A stretch of 60,491 nt of DNA, the filler included, from Nemertoderma westbladi (Eukaryota; Animalia; Xenacoelomorpha): assembly GCA_032718475.1 (NCBI GenBank). It is 3 parts of 3 records of this genome, joined end to end, with 100 filler letters (N's around TTAATTAATTAA, not from the genome) between each part and the next. Parts side by side here need not be neighbours in the genome. Positions count along the whole stretch, not along the records: positions 1 to 28,298 come from JAUCBJ010003742.1; 2 more parts are not named here. The stretch is one strand, 5' to 3'. Positions 1-13,289 of the stretch are shown piece by piece; positions within the stretch are counted from its first letter, which is position 1, and every line of letters begins with the position of its first letter. The position numbers were made by a program, and so were the translations under genes. Under the pieces are notes generated by a model, which saw only the letters and a list, made by a program, of their open reading frames with translations, made no database searches and was not told where the DNA came from.

Positions 1-1213
1 CATGAATACGTCGTATATAACACCAACATAGTAAATGTAAACCCATTTCTATAAAAAAGGGAAATAAAATAAAACGATATTTAATACGTGTCGGTTGTAT
101 CGTAATAATATAGATAGTCCACCGTGTACGGTGGGTCATTCTCAACAAAAGTGGCCAAAACCGACTTAGAAATTGTCCGGAACGTAATTTCTGTTTAGAT
201 TGATGAATTTTTAAACGGTAAAATGTTTTATATATGAAACTAGGCCTGAAAATTCTGCTCATCATGTTTTCAGGGTTGAAAAATCCCTGCATATGACCAT
301 ATTTCTCTGTCAAACGCTAAAAAATAGCATTTTTAACACCTTTTTAGAGAATTTGCATAACATTTAGAGAGCAGTAGAATGACCCCATTATGGTCCTTGG
401 TGTACAAACTATATATCATTCGGAAGCTTGAAAAATTTCCTACATTCTCAGATCAGTTTTTGGAGGATACAAATACTTCCGTTCCAGTAACAGCATAAAA
501 TATGATTAAATTTCAATATGACCCCTGTAATGTCCCAAATGTTCAATAGAGGTTCGAAAGAAGCTATGAGAAGTTATCAGTCGGTATGATGATGCGCAAA
601 TCCAGCCTCAATTATTACAGAACACAATAAAAAAAACCTTATTGAAAACGATCCAGTAGTTGCCGAGATTTTAACATCTATATGTGACAAACCCGGTATG
701 TTCAAGATGTTTTGTCCCATGTTTTCCATTACTAATTCTGCATATAAATTTGCATGTAACATTTTGAATTAACAAAGTAAAGTTATTATAGTAGATTAAA
801 ACATGGGCATTACAGCCATTGTTACTTCCAACTTCAAATTAAAGTGTGCTCCCTACACATTCAATATCAAGATCAATTTGTCCCTCCATGTAATGGCCCT
901 GTAATTGTCCCACAAATTACGTGTGCGAGATACCATTACAGTGAGGGACTGTCCCTTCTCTGTAATGGCAAATTTAGTATTGATTCTATGGCACACATAA
1001 TTGGTGGGAAATTTGAAAAGCATCTGTATTTGGTCATTTAATTTCAGGACTTAACTTTTCTGTTTTAATTAACTTACACCGTACCATTCTACTAACATAG
1101 ACTAATTTTGGTCCATTAAATTTACAAAATGGAAACACGAAAGAAGCAAGCTGAGTGGAAGCGAACGGAAAAAACTCGGAAACGTGATGATAAGAAAATC
1201 GAAGCAATGAAAC

Positions 1214-3276
1214 GTGATCAGGATAAGAAAAGAAAATCGAGAGCGTGTCAAACGATTCCGAGAACGAATAAAATCGGAGGGACGTCATGAAGAATTCCGC
1301 GAAGCTGAACGCACCAAGGAGCGAGCAAGATATAATAGGAGAAAGAATATGTCAGGGGTACATACTCGCAGGGAACGAACTATTGACGAGTTCAAGGCTG
1401 CTAATAAACGTGAAAAGGAGCGTATATGGAAACAAGCATATAGGGCTAAGTGTAAACAATTGGCTGAAACCCGAACGATCGCGATGTCTTCAACCACCTC
1501 ATCAGGGGGTTCAACTTCAAAGTGGCAGTCCAACACCGGATTGCAGACAAGAGCGAAGAATAGATTAACAAGATTAACAGAGAATAGGCGCCAAAGTCAG
1601 AAGATTCTAAACTTGGAAATCGAAAACCGTACCCTTCGGCGAGATAATCAGAATCTTAAAAATTTGGTGAAGTTCCTAAGCGAATCTGCTCAGAATGAAA
1701 AGTCACTCTCAACTTCCAAGAAAAGGCGAATGCCCCTGCAGTGCTCTCCGAAATTTAACCCCACGGACGAAGCGAAAATTAGTTGCAGTGGGCGATAATC
1801 AGACCCTAAATAAACTTCGGAAACTTGGCTGTCGCATTCGATCTAAGCCACGTAGCGCTGTTGGTTCTAACAAAAGAAGTGAATTAAAGCAATTGGTCGA
1901 AGAGTTTGCTAATGATGACAGCGTTTCGAAGGTTTGTCCAGACAAGATAAATATGTTGAAATCGAAAAGATTGGTTCCGTGAAGGAGAAAGTCCCTCTTC
2001 GATATCAGACATATTACTGTGCGGTTCTTCATCAAAAATTTATGATGGAAAGTGGGAAAGATATTTCTTACAGTCTCTTCTGTAAATATTGGCCGCCTAA
2101 TGTAGTTCAACCAAAGGCTTCCGATTGGGGGACCTGTCTGTGTATTAACTGTCTTAACCCACAATTAATGATAGAATTGTTAGTTAAGGTTGATTTACTT
2201 CCCAGAGGTTCAAAAGCAGATGGTTAGTTAAGGTTGATTTACTTCCCAGAGGTTCAAAAGCAGATGAACTGGCCTTGGATGAAAATACAGATTGGGTGAA
2301 CGTTATGATGTGGGAGAATATTGTAAGTGAGGATAATAAAAAGGAATATGGCGCTGTGTCTCTAAGACCCTTAAATTAGCTAGGTTGAGACCGATACTGA
2401 AAGAGGAGCTATGTAGCCTTAAAGATCATATTTATCGGCTTAGAACTCACTATTCGGCTGTTAAAGAAGCCAAACGAATCGGGAAGTCGAGCAACGATAC
2501 AGTCGTTATCCAAATAGATTGGAGCGAAAATTTCAGTATTCCTCATCCTAGAGAAATTCATTCGGCATACTACAGCCAAGAACAGCTTTCGATTCACTGT
2601 ATGTATGTAACCAAGGGAAACTCTGAATCCCAGAGCTATGCAGCATTGAGTTCTGACACAAATCATCAGGCAGCCGCAGTATATGCAAGCGTACTCAAGG
2701 TCTTAGAGGTTGTAGTTACAGATTACATACACCATTTAGTCATAATTTCAGATTCACCAAGCAGTCAATATCGCAACCGCTTTATCGTTCATTTGTTTAA
2801 CAAATATGCAAGGGAGAAAAATCTTGATAGTTTTAAATGGATCTATACCGAGGCAGGACATGGTAAAGGGCCAGTTGACGGTATCGGCGGCGCTATTAAA
2901 AGAACCTTAGATGCTGTCATTGGCATGGGCGTTACAGCTCCTACTCACGATGTCAATACCATTGTCCAGTTGTTAAAAGAAAGATCAACAATAAAATGTA
3001 TTACCTATACAACAGCAGAGATCGATGAAGCTCAATCTTTACTAACACCTGTCCCACAACCGATCCCAGGTATTGATTGGTAAGGCACATGAGTTGCTTT
3101 TCTTAGATGGAGTATTATACATGAAGCAATTGTCTTGTCTTCCACCATGCGAACTATTATGTACGAAGCATTCAAGTGCAGTGAAAGACTTCGCGATTTT
3201 AGATTTTACAGGGTTTGATATGTCGGATGCTGAACTTTACCCCTCAATTGATTCTCTCCAATTTTTGTCTGAATGA
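1214..3276 (+). pseudogene. Frameshifted DDD-type transposase (Sola2-like)
   Basis: Consecutive ORF fragments 1214-1798, 1695-1982, 1934-2227, 2385-3083, 3073-3276. Motifs CLCINCLN, IDWSENF, SDSPSSQYRN, EAGHGKGPVDGIGG. A ~45-bp tandem duplication at ~2179-2266 breaks the frame. Confidence 0.8.
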
Positions 3277-3693
3277 AAACTTTATATAATTTCGAAGTTT
3301 ATTGAATTTCGAATTCACTCTATCCGAACTAATTTTGTTTCTAGGCTATTGTAGCAACTTACGAATAGTTTGGAATTGTCTGTTTTTGGTTTCTTTTCTG
3401 TGGTCGATTATATTAATTTTTAAAAATAATACTAAAAAGTTATGTATGGAAAATTAACTAAATACATATAAATACATACGTACATGACTATTATATTGTT
3501 ACAATGTGGGGACATCGCATTGCACGGTAGGCCTACCAATAGAGATATATGAATATATTGTTACAGGGCTGGTACATCGCATTACAGGGGCAATTTACAG
3601 CCTAAAAATTCGTATTACATGGAGGGACAAACCATTACAGGCGTGACACAAATACTTTACCTTGATTATTTCTTTAAGATTTTATCTAACACT

Positions 3694-3858
3694 CGGAGAT
3701 TGTCACCATTGAATTCTCCTTAAAAAATGCTTTCAGAATATATATAGTTTTGTATGGTTTCAATGGAGTTGAAATCGGAGATTGTCACCATTGAATTCTC
3801 CTTAAAAAATGCTTTCAGAATATATATAGTTTTGTATGGTTTCAATGGAGTTGAAATT
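3694..3858. repeat. ~82-bp tandem duplication inside the transposon's right end
   Basis: CGGAGATTGTCACC...GGAGTTGAAAT occurs twice in a row. Confidence 0.9.
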
Positions 3859-4427
3859 TCAGGAATATTTCAGTTCTATTTGGCCACTTTCGGTGAGAAT
3901 CACCCGGTACGTGGGGTGGGTAAATACATCGAACAAATATATCAGATGCATTTTGTATTTACTAACTTTTATATCCTACATAGTTTATGTAATTCGTATA
4001 AAATAACATCAAAGGAATATGATTGCAAAGCTATCCACTCATTAAATACAAAACTGGTAAACATTGATTGCACAACTAAAATATATTACTGCGGTACACT
4101 GCACTAGACTGAGGTACCGGCACCTGTATGTACATACAACATAGAACCCTGAATAGAAATTATAAGGTATATATATATATATTATTTATCAAGTACCGGT
4201 ATACTTACATACAGGCTATATATATCTATAAAGTCGAATATAAACATGACCTACTTACTGCACTGCTGTAGCTCTACTGGTATAGATCTACCTAATCTAT
4301 ATGCATTAGGTCATTACATATTGAACAATTTAATTACAGGTTGTACTAGAAGCAAGTAGGCCAAACCCAAAATATTGTGGAATTTGTCTATGCCTGTATG
4401 AGTGAAGAATCATCATAAATATGAAAC

Positions 4428-5192
4428 GGGTGCGGGTCAATTCGCCCCAAGTCGATAAACAGTTGACCGATTCGCCCCATCTTTAAGTCCATTCGCATTC
4501 GCACCAGATACCTTTACTTATTGTTTTACTATATCATATCAAATCTATTATTCTGTTATTCCAATATCAAAAACAATATAGAGACATTTCAAAGTTAATA
4601 GGCCTACTGAAATGTAATATGCACGCACAGTGCTCTATAATAATATATATAGGCCTATCTAACTATAATTTGGTAGTCAAGTAGAGGCGAACTATTTAAA
4701 TGTTCCACTATTTTTAGCTTATTTAGTTAACGTTTTGTTCATTCTAATTCATCAAAGAATATCGAAATATAGGCCTACATATATTGGTCTGTCTAGCCAG
4801 TACCTCATACATTAAATTACAATTAGTATATCTGTATATTGCATATTTGCACAGGCCCTGCCTATACATACAATAAAAACATGTAACCAGCCTGGGCTTC
4901 AACACAGTTTATTTGTACCGTCAACTCGAACACGAACACAACTGAATCATTAGGCCTAAATCCTCTGATCATCTTCCGAGCTATCGAATATCATTTGACA
5001 AAAATATTATTAGTCGAAACATTAAATAAATTCATATCACATATGGGGCGAATAGACTTGGAAGGTGGAGCGAATCGGTCAAACTGACAAAGTCGATTCG
5101 CTCCAAGTCCAGTCCATATGCCCCAATATTCTGGGGCAAAAAGAATTGGCAGATAGTGGCGAATAGGTCGAGGGGCGAATCGACTCGCATGC
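4428..5192. mobile_element. Non-autonomous Mutator/MULE-type MITE
   Basis: Perfect 9-bp TSD ATATGAAAC (4419-4427 and 5193-5201), G...C termini, imperfect TIRs TGCGGGTCAATTCGCCCC / GGGGCGAATCGACTCGCA with repeated TTCGCCCC motifs. Confidence 0.8.
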
Positions 5193-5425
5193 ATATGAAA
5201 CAATGCTACTTAGGAATTCTGGTATTCCTCATAGAGGAGGAGGAGGATGGATGGATAATCGTTTGGCAGCCCGAGCCATGATAATATAGTTTAACTGAAC
5301 ATCATAGGAAATAGTAATAAAATAGAAGAAACATGAATTCTTAAACTTTAACACTCAACAACAACAAACAATATAGGGCCTACTGATATAATCGATTGTT
5401 ATTCCGGTTTCTTAAATGGCTAGAT

Positions 5426-5905
5426 TTAGTTGGCTTTCTTCCTTCTATCGATATCTCTACGTTTGTTACCGAGTGTCTTCTCTATCTGTATCAATATGAG
5501 TCTACAGATGAGAAACATACCGAATATTAGGTTGGGGGTTGATTGGTGGAGGTCCTGTCCCAGAGAGAAACGTGTCCAGCCGTAGAAACTAACTAATAGC
5601 AATAGGACCAAGTTACTTAAGTTCTTTAGTACGGCGGGTATATAAGGGAGTAGGAGAAGTGATCCCGTTATAATCTCCACCACCGATACAAACCTTATGT
5701 AATTGGATACAGAAGGTTTCCAGTCGAGAGAGGGATGTAGAGGGAAGACCTTGACGAAATCCTTTAGTTCGGTTCGCATTTCCCGGTACGTTTGTTTGTG
5801 GAACACAGGGGAAACCTTGAGTAATCCCGTGAGAACAAAGAAAGTTCCCAAAGTGAACGAAAGTATCTTTACTCCAAGTCCCATTACAACTGCAGAACTG
5901 TACAA
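5426..5905 (-). CDS. TMEM35: TMEM35/NACHO-family (DoxX-like) membrane protein, single exon
   Basis: 159-aa ORF with LGTFFVLTGLLKVSP, YREMRTELKDFVKVFPL, EIITGSLLLL and PNLIFGMFLICRL motifs, several hydrophobic segments and a basic tail. Confidence 0.8.
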   Translation of the reverse strand: MYSSAVVMGLGVKILSFTLGTFFVLTGLLKVSPVFHKQTYREMRTELKDFVKVFPLHPSLDWKPSVSNYIRFVSVVEIITGSLLLLPYIPAVLKNLSNLVLLLLVSFYGWTRFSLGQDLHQSTPNLIFGMFLICRLILIQIEKTLGNKRRDIDRRKKAN

Positions 5906-7317
5906 TATGCTGATATGCGATGATGTTGTTCACACGCCTGCAAGCGACGCGCAATACTGCAATAGGCCTATAGAAATACTGAAATACGGTTTTAAAGTTT
6001 TAGATAATGCTGTCAGCTGTACCCCGACTGCAATACCCAATACATACCAGTTAGGTGAATATCTGGCGCGTAGTAAGAGTAAAGGAGCGCGATTTGCAGA
6101 GTATTGTGAACTGGCGCGGTTCGACAGGCGCGATATGAGTGCCCTGGCGCCTGGTGCTGAGCGACAGGGCTCTCAAAGCAGCAAAGGTTTTAAAGTTCGT
6201 GCTAAGTGCAGAAGTGAGAACAAGAATTTGCCACAAAAAAAATCGCTCGCGTTTGTTTCATTTACATTTTGTATTGTTAAAATCGCTCTCTGATCATAAA
6301 TCTGAAATTGACAGATTGACTTTGTGAGTTTCTTAAAAGTCAAAATAACAATTACTGAATTAACACATCAAAATTCAAAACACTGTATAATTCAAGTCAA
6401 TAATACATACATACAGCTCTACAGTATATTGAATTGTTAATTATTGACATGGTAACATATTGATGGGCCAATGAAATGATATAATTCTGGAGAATCACCG
6501 ATTACCACCGTATACGAATATGGAATAGGCCTACTGTATCTGTGTATGCGTAGGCAAAAAAATAATTTCTAGTATTATGTTGTTCCAAACTAAAAACTAA
6601 TCAGCTGTTTCAATTACAGAATTAAATATCAGATGTTTTCAGTTTTAAAGAGAGAACCCGGGCATCCGGGACAGAATGGCTTGAAAATGTATTTAACAGT
6701 TTAATGTTTTTTTAATATTATTTAAAAAAATTTATAGTATGTTGGTATTGGGCATTGGCGCGATTTCGGATTTCGGTTTAATGCTGTAATGGCACTATCT
6801 GGGCGCAAGTTTTGGAAGTATTGCAGTCAGGAGCTGTACCGGTAAATGCTGTACACTGTATGTAATGTACTGATGTACGTACAGATCAGCAGATGTAATG
6901 CAGTATAACTGTATAGGCCTAGTGCTGTAATGCACACTGTCTGATTCACTAACTGTGACTTTCTGGCAGTTGTTAAATGGTTTCGTACACCACACAGAAC
7001 TGCAGTACATATACAGATATGGGCCTATCTTTCTGCAGGAGTGCAGGTACCGGTACTGCTGTACTGAGAGGTACTGCAGTAATGACAGAATATTGCGCTT
7101 TATGCTGTTATGTACACCCAGACAGGACAGCGCACAGCAGTATGGAAAAAATAAATCCAGAAATCTATACAAACACATTTGTTCAGTTAGCAGCACTTTA
7201 TAGCCTTAGCGAGGAAATAACAAAACGAGTGCCGTTATTCACTAGCTAACGCTATAAAGTTCCACCAGGGGCGAGCGCATTTGTAATCTAACCAAAACAA
7301 TGTTAAACAAAAGAGGG

Positions 7318-7762
7318 AAAGGGCAGGTTACAGAGGAGGCTCTTCTAAGCAAAAGTCTTAAAACAATAATATTGTAATGAAATACGAAGGTATCACAATA
7401 TAAGTTGTTAGATTCAAAGGTATGCTACTGTGCCAACAAATTACAAGTTTGTGGGGCCTTCGTGCAGCATGTGGCTCAAGTTATGAGATACAAATTAAAA
7501 TTGAGCAATTCTATCTTAAAATCGGTATTTAAGAAATTTAACTAAACCCTCTTCAAATAAGAGTGGAAAGTTCCTCCCCTTCAACCCCTGGACCACCCAA
7601 ACCCAAAGGCGCCCCGACGATTGATAAAAGGCAGCTATTAACAACAAATTTGTGTTTTAAAAGTAATAAATTTATGGTGTGGAGGCGAGACCAAATTTGT
7701 AAGAAATATATTAACTTTCGTTATTTTGGTTCCCCCAACACGCCTCTGTAACCTGCTCCTTT
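7318..7762. mobile_element. Possible small MITE
   Basis: ~20-bp inverted repeat AAAGGGCAGGTTACAGAGG (7318-7336) / CCTCTGTAACCTGCTCCTTT (7743-7762); no TSD confirmed. Confidence 0.35.
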
Positions 7763-7885
7763 ACTAACCTGCTCCTTTAAATGGCAATGGGACCTAACGC
7801 TCTTTGGGAACTAATGCGACATTACTTCTCTGTTTTGTACAGATCGGACAGTAAACTGCAACTGAGAGTCTGTAACTAAGAGTCT

Positions 7886-8330
7886 CTGTTTATTTTGGTA
7901 CAATATCTGATTATTTTGGGGGGAAATGCATTTATTTATTTTGGGGGAATGTGTATTTATTTTGGGGAAAATATGTATATATTTTGGGGGGTTTATGTGT
8001 TTATTTTGGGGGATTATGTATTTATTTAGGGGATTATGTATTTATTTTAGGGGATTATGTATTTATTTTGGGGGGAAATGTATTTATTTTGGGAAAATTT
8101 GTATTTATTTTGTGATAATTTGTATTTATTTTGGGGGTTGTCATTAATTTTGGTGTAAATAATTGGTTTTGAGGAGCGTTTATTGATTTTTGTGTTGAAT
8201 ATTTTTTTTTGGTGTTCGGAATAATTGTTTTTAGTGTTCGGAATAATTGTTTTTAGTGCTGAAAATTTTATTTTGCTGTTGAAAAATTTATTTTGGTGTT
8301 TGAATAATTTTATTTGGGGTGATTTATTTG
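7886..8330. repeat. Degenerate ~20-bp T/G-rich minisatellite
   Basis: Repeated ATGTATTTATTTTGGGGG-like units. Confidence 0.8.
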
Positions 8331-8352
8331 GTGTAATATAATTTTTTTGATG

Positions 8353-8716
8353 AAATTTTCATCAATTTTGGTGTGACTTTAATTGGTAGCCGTATATTTA
8401 TTACATAGAATAAAATATGGCCTGCACTGGAAGAAAATACATGCAACTTTCAAATGCACATATCTCAGCTATTCCCCAGGCCCAACCAAATTAAAATGTT
8501 TTAACATAGATCTACCGGCTGACCGGTATAACTAAAATTTTCATCAATTTTGGTGTGACTTTAATTGGTAGCCGTATATTTATTACATAGAATAAAATAT
8601 GGCCTGCACTGGAAGAAAATACATGCAACTTTCAAATGCACATATCTCAGCTATTCCCCAGGCCCAACCAAATTAAAATGTTTTAACATAGATCTACCGG
8701 CTGACCGGTATAACTA
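8353..8716. repeat. ~182-bp tandem duplication
   Basis: AAATTTTCATCAATTTTGG...CCGGTATAACTA occurs twice, nearly identical. Confidence 0.9.
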
Positions 8717-9224
8717 AGATACTTTCACTTTCATCCTACCGGTACCGCAATAATTCTGTATTATTCTTTATCCCAATAAAAAATATCTTGGTATTTTCAT
8801 TATTCTGCATTCACATTTATCTTACCGGTATTATATTTACGCTGAGCATCCATTACATACTACTAGTAAAGTAAAATAGTTGAAGTAGGCCTAGTTCCCA
8901 TTCAGCCATTACTCCAGTAGCAGACAACCGACAACCATTATACAGGAGCAGATCAGGTTACCGTGCTCGTGCAGTTTGTTACACAAATCATCTGGAATTT
9001 CTACTTGTAAAAAACCATTTTACTTTTTTAGTAAAGAAATTTTAGTACCGATACCGACCGGTCACCCGTACTTGTAACGTTGTAAGAACATTAAAATTAG
9101 GCCTACTGGATTAAAGTCATCTGGCGCTGGCAGTCTGGTGTCCCACTGTCTAACTAACTGACTGTCCTATACCGTACTTCTGTACTTGAGACTTCAGTAC
9201 TTTATAGTTGTATACCGCTGTGTC

Positions 9225-10526
9225 ATGTCATCCGAAACTCCCGTTTGCCCGTTGTTCAGCGGCAGTAAACTAATACTGGCCCCTATGGTGCGTATCGGTA
9301 CCCTTCCAACCCGCCTACTGGCCCTCGATATGGGGGCCGACCTGGTCTACTCGCCGGAGTTAATTGACCTGAAACTATCGCGTTGTACCCGGCGCTGCGT
9401 CAACGGAATAATAGAATTCGCGTTGCCGTGCGGCGAGGTCGTCCTGCGAACGTGCGACGCAGAACGCGGGCGATTAGTCGTTCAGATCGGTTCGAGTGAT
9501 GCCGCTACGGCGCTGGCAGCAGCTCGCGTCGTAGAATCGGACGCTTCCGCCGTCGATTTAAACATGGGTTGTCCTAAATCCTTCTCGATATCCGGGGGGA
9601 TGGGAGCCGCTCTCCTAAGTAAACCCGAGAAAATCCACGAGATTCTCTCAACCTTAGTTCGGAATCTATCCGTTCCGGTTTCTTGCAAGATGCGAATCCT
9701 CCCAGGGATATCGGAAACTCTATCGTTGGTCGACGTTATTCTCTCCACCGGTGTTTCCGCGGTGGCGGTCCACGGGCGCACCAAGGAGCAGCGGCCGGGT
9801 GACCCGGTGGACTGCGCGGCGATCGCGCGGATAGTAGAACGCGCTGCCGACAGCGGGACCGCGGTCGTAGCCAACGGGGGCTCCGAGTCTGTAATCCGAA
9901 CACATTCCGACATCGATGTATTCCGTCGGCTCACCGGGGCGGCTTCCGTTATGCTGGCTCGCGGCGCGCAACGCAACCCCAGTATATTCCGGGTAGAAGG
10001 GGAGCTAACTCGATACGATGTTATACGGCTATATCTCGAGAAATGCTTAGAGTTTGGTAACGAGTTCCCGAATACTAAGTACTGCGTTCAGCAGATTCTC
10101 CGAGAGGATCAATCGTTAACGCCGCGAGGGGTCGCCCTAGTTGCGGCGAGGTCCTTGCCCGAGATTTATAAGTTATGGGGGTTGGAAGCGGGTTTATATT
10201 CGCGTGTAGAGTCTGTAGGGAGTTGTAGACGGGAGGTTAACGGCGTGATTGTCGGGAGTTTGGTCTATAATAAACGTATGTATCGCGGTTGTTCTAGAAC
10301 TCCTAAATCCGTGTTGGTGGATTGGTGTAAATCCCGGCGTGTAAAGGCCCCCGTGTACCGCTGTACGGAGGATGATAATAGACAGTTCACTTGCGTTCTA
10401 GAACTATCCGGGTGTTTGTATAGCAACTCGATAGTCGAGCAATCTAAGCGAGTGGCTGAACAGAGTGTAGCGTTAGTGTGTTTGCAGGAGTTGGGTTTAG
10501 TTCGTTTGTTGGATTCTATTAATTAG
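9225..10526 (+). CDS. DUS2: tRNA-dihydrouridine(20) synthase with C-terminal dsRBD, intronless
   Basis: LILAPMVRIGTLPTRLLAL, DLNMGCPKSFS (catalytic Cys), AVHGRT, ANGGS, NTKYCVQ, and dsRBD-like PKSVL...SKRVAEQSVALVCL. First ATG is at 9225; the track start at 9186 is TTG. Confidence 0.93.
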   Translation: MSSETPVCPLFSGSKLILAPMVRIGTLPTRLLALDMGADLVYSPELIDLKLSRCTRRCVNGIIEFALPCGEVVLRTCDAERGRLVVQIGSSDAATALAAARVVESDASAVDLNMGCPKSFSISGGMGAALLSKPEKIHEILSTLVRNLSVPVSCKMRILPGISETLSLVDVILSTGVSAVAVHGRTKEQRPGDPVDCAAIARIVERAADSGTAVVANGGSESVIRTHSDIDVFRRLTGAASVMLARGAQRNPSIFRVEGELTRYDVIRLYLEKCLEFGNEFPNTKYCVQQILREDQSLTPRGVALVAARSLPEIYKLWGLEAGLYSRVESVGSCRREVNGVIVGSLVYNKRMYRGCSRTPKSVLVDWCKSRRVKAPVYRCTEDDNRQFTCVLELSGCLYSNSIVEQSKRVAEQSVALVCLQELGLVRLLDSIN

Positions 10527-11479
10527 ATCAGGTTGTATAATGAATTGGGCTAATTTATATCCGCGGGGATAATTCTAACGTTAAAATGGGCGGGTGTCGA
10601 ACATACGTGACACTTTGTGCCGATGGGGGAGGGGGGGTCTCACATTTGTCTAAGGAACTTATCTTAATACAAATTTTCTTATATTTATGTGAAATATTGT
10701 TTCTAATATCATATCTACATGCAATACCATCAAGGAGCAGTTTACAGTGCCACGTTATTCTAACCAATCCCCCCCCCCCCCCCCCCCCCCCCACCCACCC
10801 ACCCCACCCACCCCACCTGTCTTTATTATTGTGCCTTACTGTTGGTTACTTACTGTTGTTGGTTACACTGTGCAGTTAATTATAATAAGGTGTTGATAAA
10901 TAATAAATGCCGTTGAATCAACTGTAAATAAGTATTGTTAGATTTATTTTAATTAATTAAATAGTGTTTCGGTATGTGCTGTAAGTATATGGATCAGATT
11001 ATGGTTCGGTGTTTATTAATCTGGGTTTAATTAATTATAGGGAATTGAATATTTATTATTTTTTATACTAATAAACAGTTAAAATATAATCAATTATTTA
11101 TTTCTTATTAAAACAGCGTCAAATGGGGGGGGGGGGGGGGGGGGGGGGGGGTAAAAGTTGTTGATAACTCGTAATTATTGTTTTAGTTTGAATTATTCAG
11201 GTTAAGTTTAAATCTTACGGCCAACGTAAAAAATCACGTAGTTACCGAAACTAACCCAAACAACAATCAGCAGATCGGTAAGTGTTGCCCCAGAAAGGTG
11301 GCTTTCTCGGGAGGCCAAGGCGAGAAAAGCCAATGGATTTAAGGGACAATCGGGGTCTCCTCTCTGCGATAATCTATCAATAAATGAGAAAATAGAGCAT
11401 TCAGGAGGGGTTAACGTAGTTTTATTCAATTACTTGTATTGTAGTATCTATTCTAAATGTTTTTTTTTCTTTATTTTAG

Positions 11480-11644
11480 GTCTGACACGCGAACAAGGCA
11501 TTTTAATGGCCGAGAGACTTGGTTTTAGCCCGGTTACTGTTGAACAAGCAGCCGACATTATGATCAAGTTATACCAGTTATTCCTAAAATACGATAGTTC
11601 GTTGATAGAAATAAACCCTCTCAGCATTGATATCTCCAATAAAG
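11480..11644 (+). CDS. SUCLA2: Succinyl-CoA ligase [ADP-forming] beta subunit, internal exon
   Basis: TTTTAG acceptor and AAAG|GT donor; encodes GLTREQ...KLYQLFLKYDSSLIEINPL. Confidence 0.85.
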
Positions 11645-12991
11645 GTGGGAAGGGGCTCCTCACACCTATGATTTTAAGTAAATGTTTCAAAGTATTTTAT
11701 ATGGCACTGGAAATAAAGTCAGCAGGCCTCCCAGAGTTTCCTTTTTTTCCTTTATTTTCGAACGTTTCCTTTTTTTTTAGAACGATTCCTTTTTTTAGAA
11801 CGATTCCTTTATTCCTTTTTTTGTCCATTTTCACATTTGTTTCCTCTTTTTGGTTTAGAAGATCAACTTCAGCTTGCTGATGATATTGACAAGGTTATAA
11901 GTATAACAGAGATTGACGGGCATAATAATGCCGATTTTTATTTTGAGTATCTTTATTTTGACAAAAATCACAGGCTAAGCTACCATACAAATGTAGCAGT
12001 TGAGGGAACTGTAAATATATTTATTTTCTGATGGGGGGGGGGGGGGGGGGGGGGGTGGGGGATATATTATTGTTGACACAAAACCCGCCTTGCTGAATTA
12101 ATATTGTTGTTTTTCAATTTAGGGAAAGGAACAGGTTGCAGTGGTAGTCTATTCTAACCAAACAATGTAGTAAAGCCTATAACAAGGGTTATAGTTTCAT
12201 TTTTGCTCGTAATCAGCTATTATTTGCATCCGTTTTCCTCTGGAGATGGATGAATTTTGATTGAGTCAAAAAGTATTTTTGTTACTTATATAAATGTAGC
12301 CACGACCGGAAATCCGTAGCAAAGTTTTTATATCACTTTCAAACTAAAGTTCTATTTACAAGTGTTTGATAAACCTCTATCACTGTATCAATGACCATCA
12401 ATCGGCCGAGCTCAACCATCTCTGATAACTAGGCAAAAAGGTGAAAATTAGAAACATACAGTGACGTTTCTTAATAGGCCTATATATATAAGGTTAATGA
12501 AATATAATGTTTACTATCCTTTTTTAAATATAATATCAGTTCAGAACTTTTGTTTTTTGAAGTTTTTTGAACTGCATCCTATCCTTTTTTTCCTTTTTTT
12601 TTTTGAAAATATAATTTCCTTTTTTTCATCGATTTTTTTTGGCTGGGAGGGCTGAAAGTGCTTATAATACTTTATTTTCACTAAACAAGAGCACAATGAG
12701 CATTTCAAAAACGAAAACTACCTGGACAAACAAACTATAACCACGTTTATAATAAGTATAGGTAATTTAAGTTCTGCCAGTTTTCCCGTATGCTGTATAC
12801 GTGTCAAACAGGGACAATAGAACTTTAGAACATCTTCTTTACTTTAGTTAGTTACAAGGCATGAAAATATGGAGGTGTGAAATAGAGTCCTACATTTCTT
12901 GGTACCCGTAATTGGCAAGACAAAAAAATAGTTTATATAACCAGAGTGAAATAAAGTAAATAATAAATAATATGTTATTTATCTATTGTAG

Positions 12992-13153
12992 TTCTATGTA
13001 TGGACTGTAAGTTGAATATTGACGAAACCGCCTTCTACAGACAAGAAGACCTCTTCCGGCTACGTGATTGGTCACAAGAAGATGAGCGGGATGTCAAGGC
13101 CACTAAAGCTGGTATTAATTACATTGGTCTAGACGGGGACATTGGCTGTTTAG
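12992..13153 (+). CDS. SUCLA2: Succinyl-CoA ligase beta subunit, internal exon
   Basis: AG/GT boundaries, phase compatible with neighbouring exons; encodes [11 protein letters not shown]...DWSQEDERD...[12 protein letters not shown]. Confidence 0.92.
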
Positions 13154-13289
13154 GTAATAATAAGAATAACTATTTGTTCTTTGACCCAGAGATGTAGCCG
13201 GTCCACCTCCGCCCCAAATGTTAACAAATATAAATATGGTATTATTAGACATCCAGTGAATTTATACTGTATGTAATTCTTTGTACTAG

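Larger units (their letters stand above)
133..3905 (+). mobile_element. Decayed cut-and-paste DNA transposon, Sola2-like
   Basis: 27-bp TIRs: GGGTCATTCTCAACAAAAGTGGCCAAA (133-159) vs reverse complement of 3879-3905, 3 mismatches. GGG...CCC termini with GGT on both flanks. Subterminal inverted motif TTGTCCCTCCATGTAAT (~878 and ~3615). Encloses a transposase pseudogene. Confidence 0.8.

Noticed and set aside
5703-6293. 196-aa plus-strand ORF
   Set aside because: Partly antisense to TMEM35 with no recognisable motifs.
10769-12060. Poly-C and poly-G runs as regulatory G-quadruplexes
   Set aside because: Simple homopolymers scattered through the window; lengths are unreliable and nothing else supports a function.
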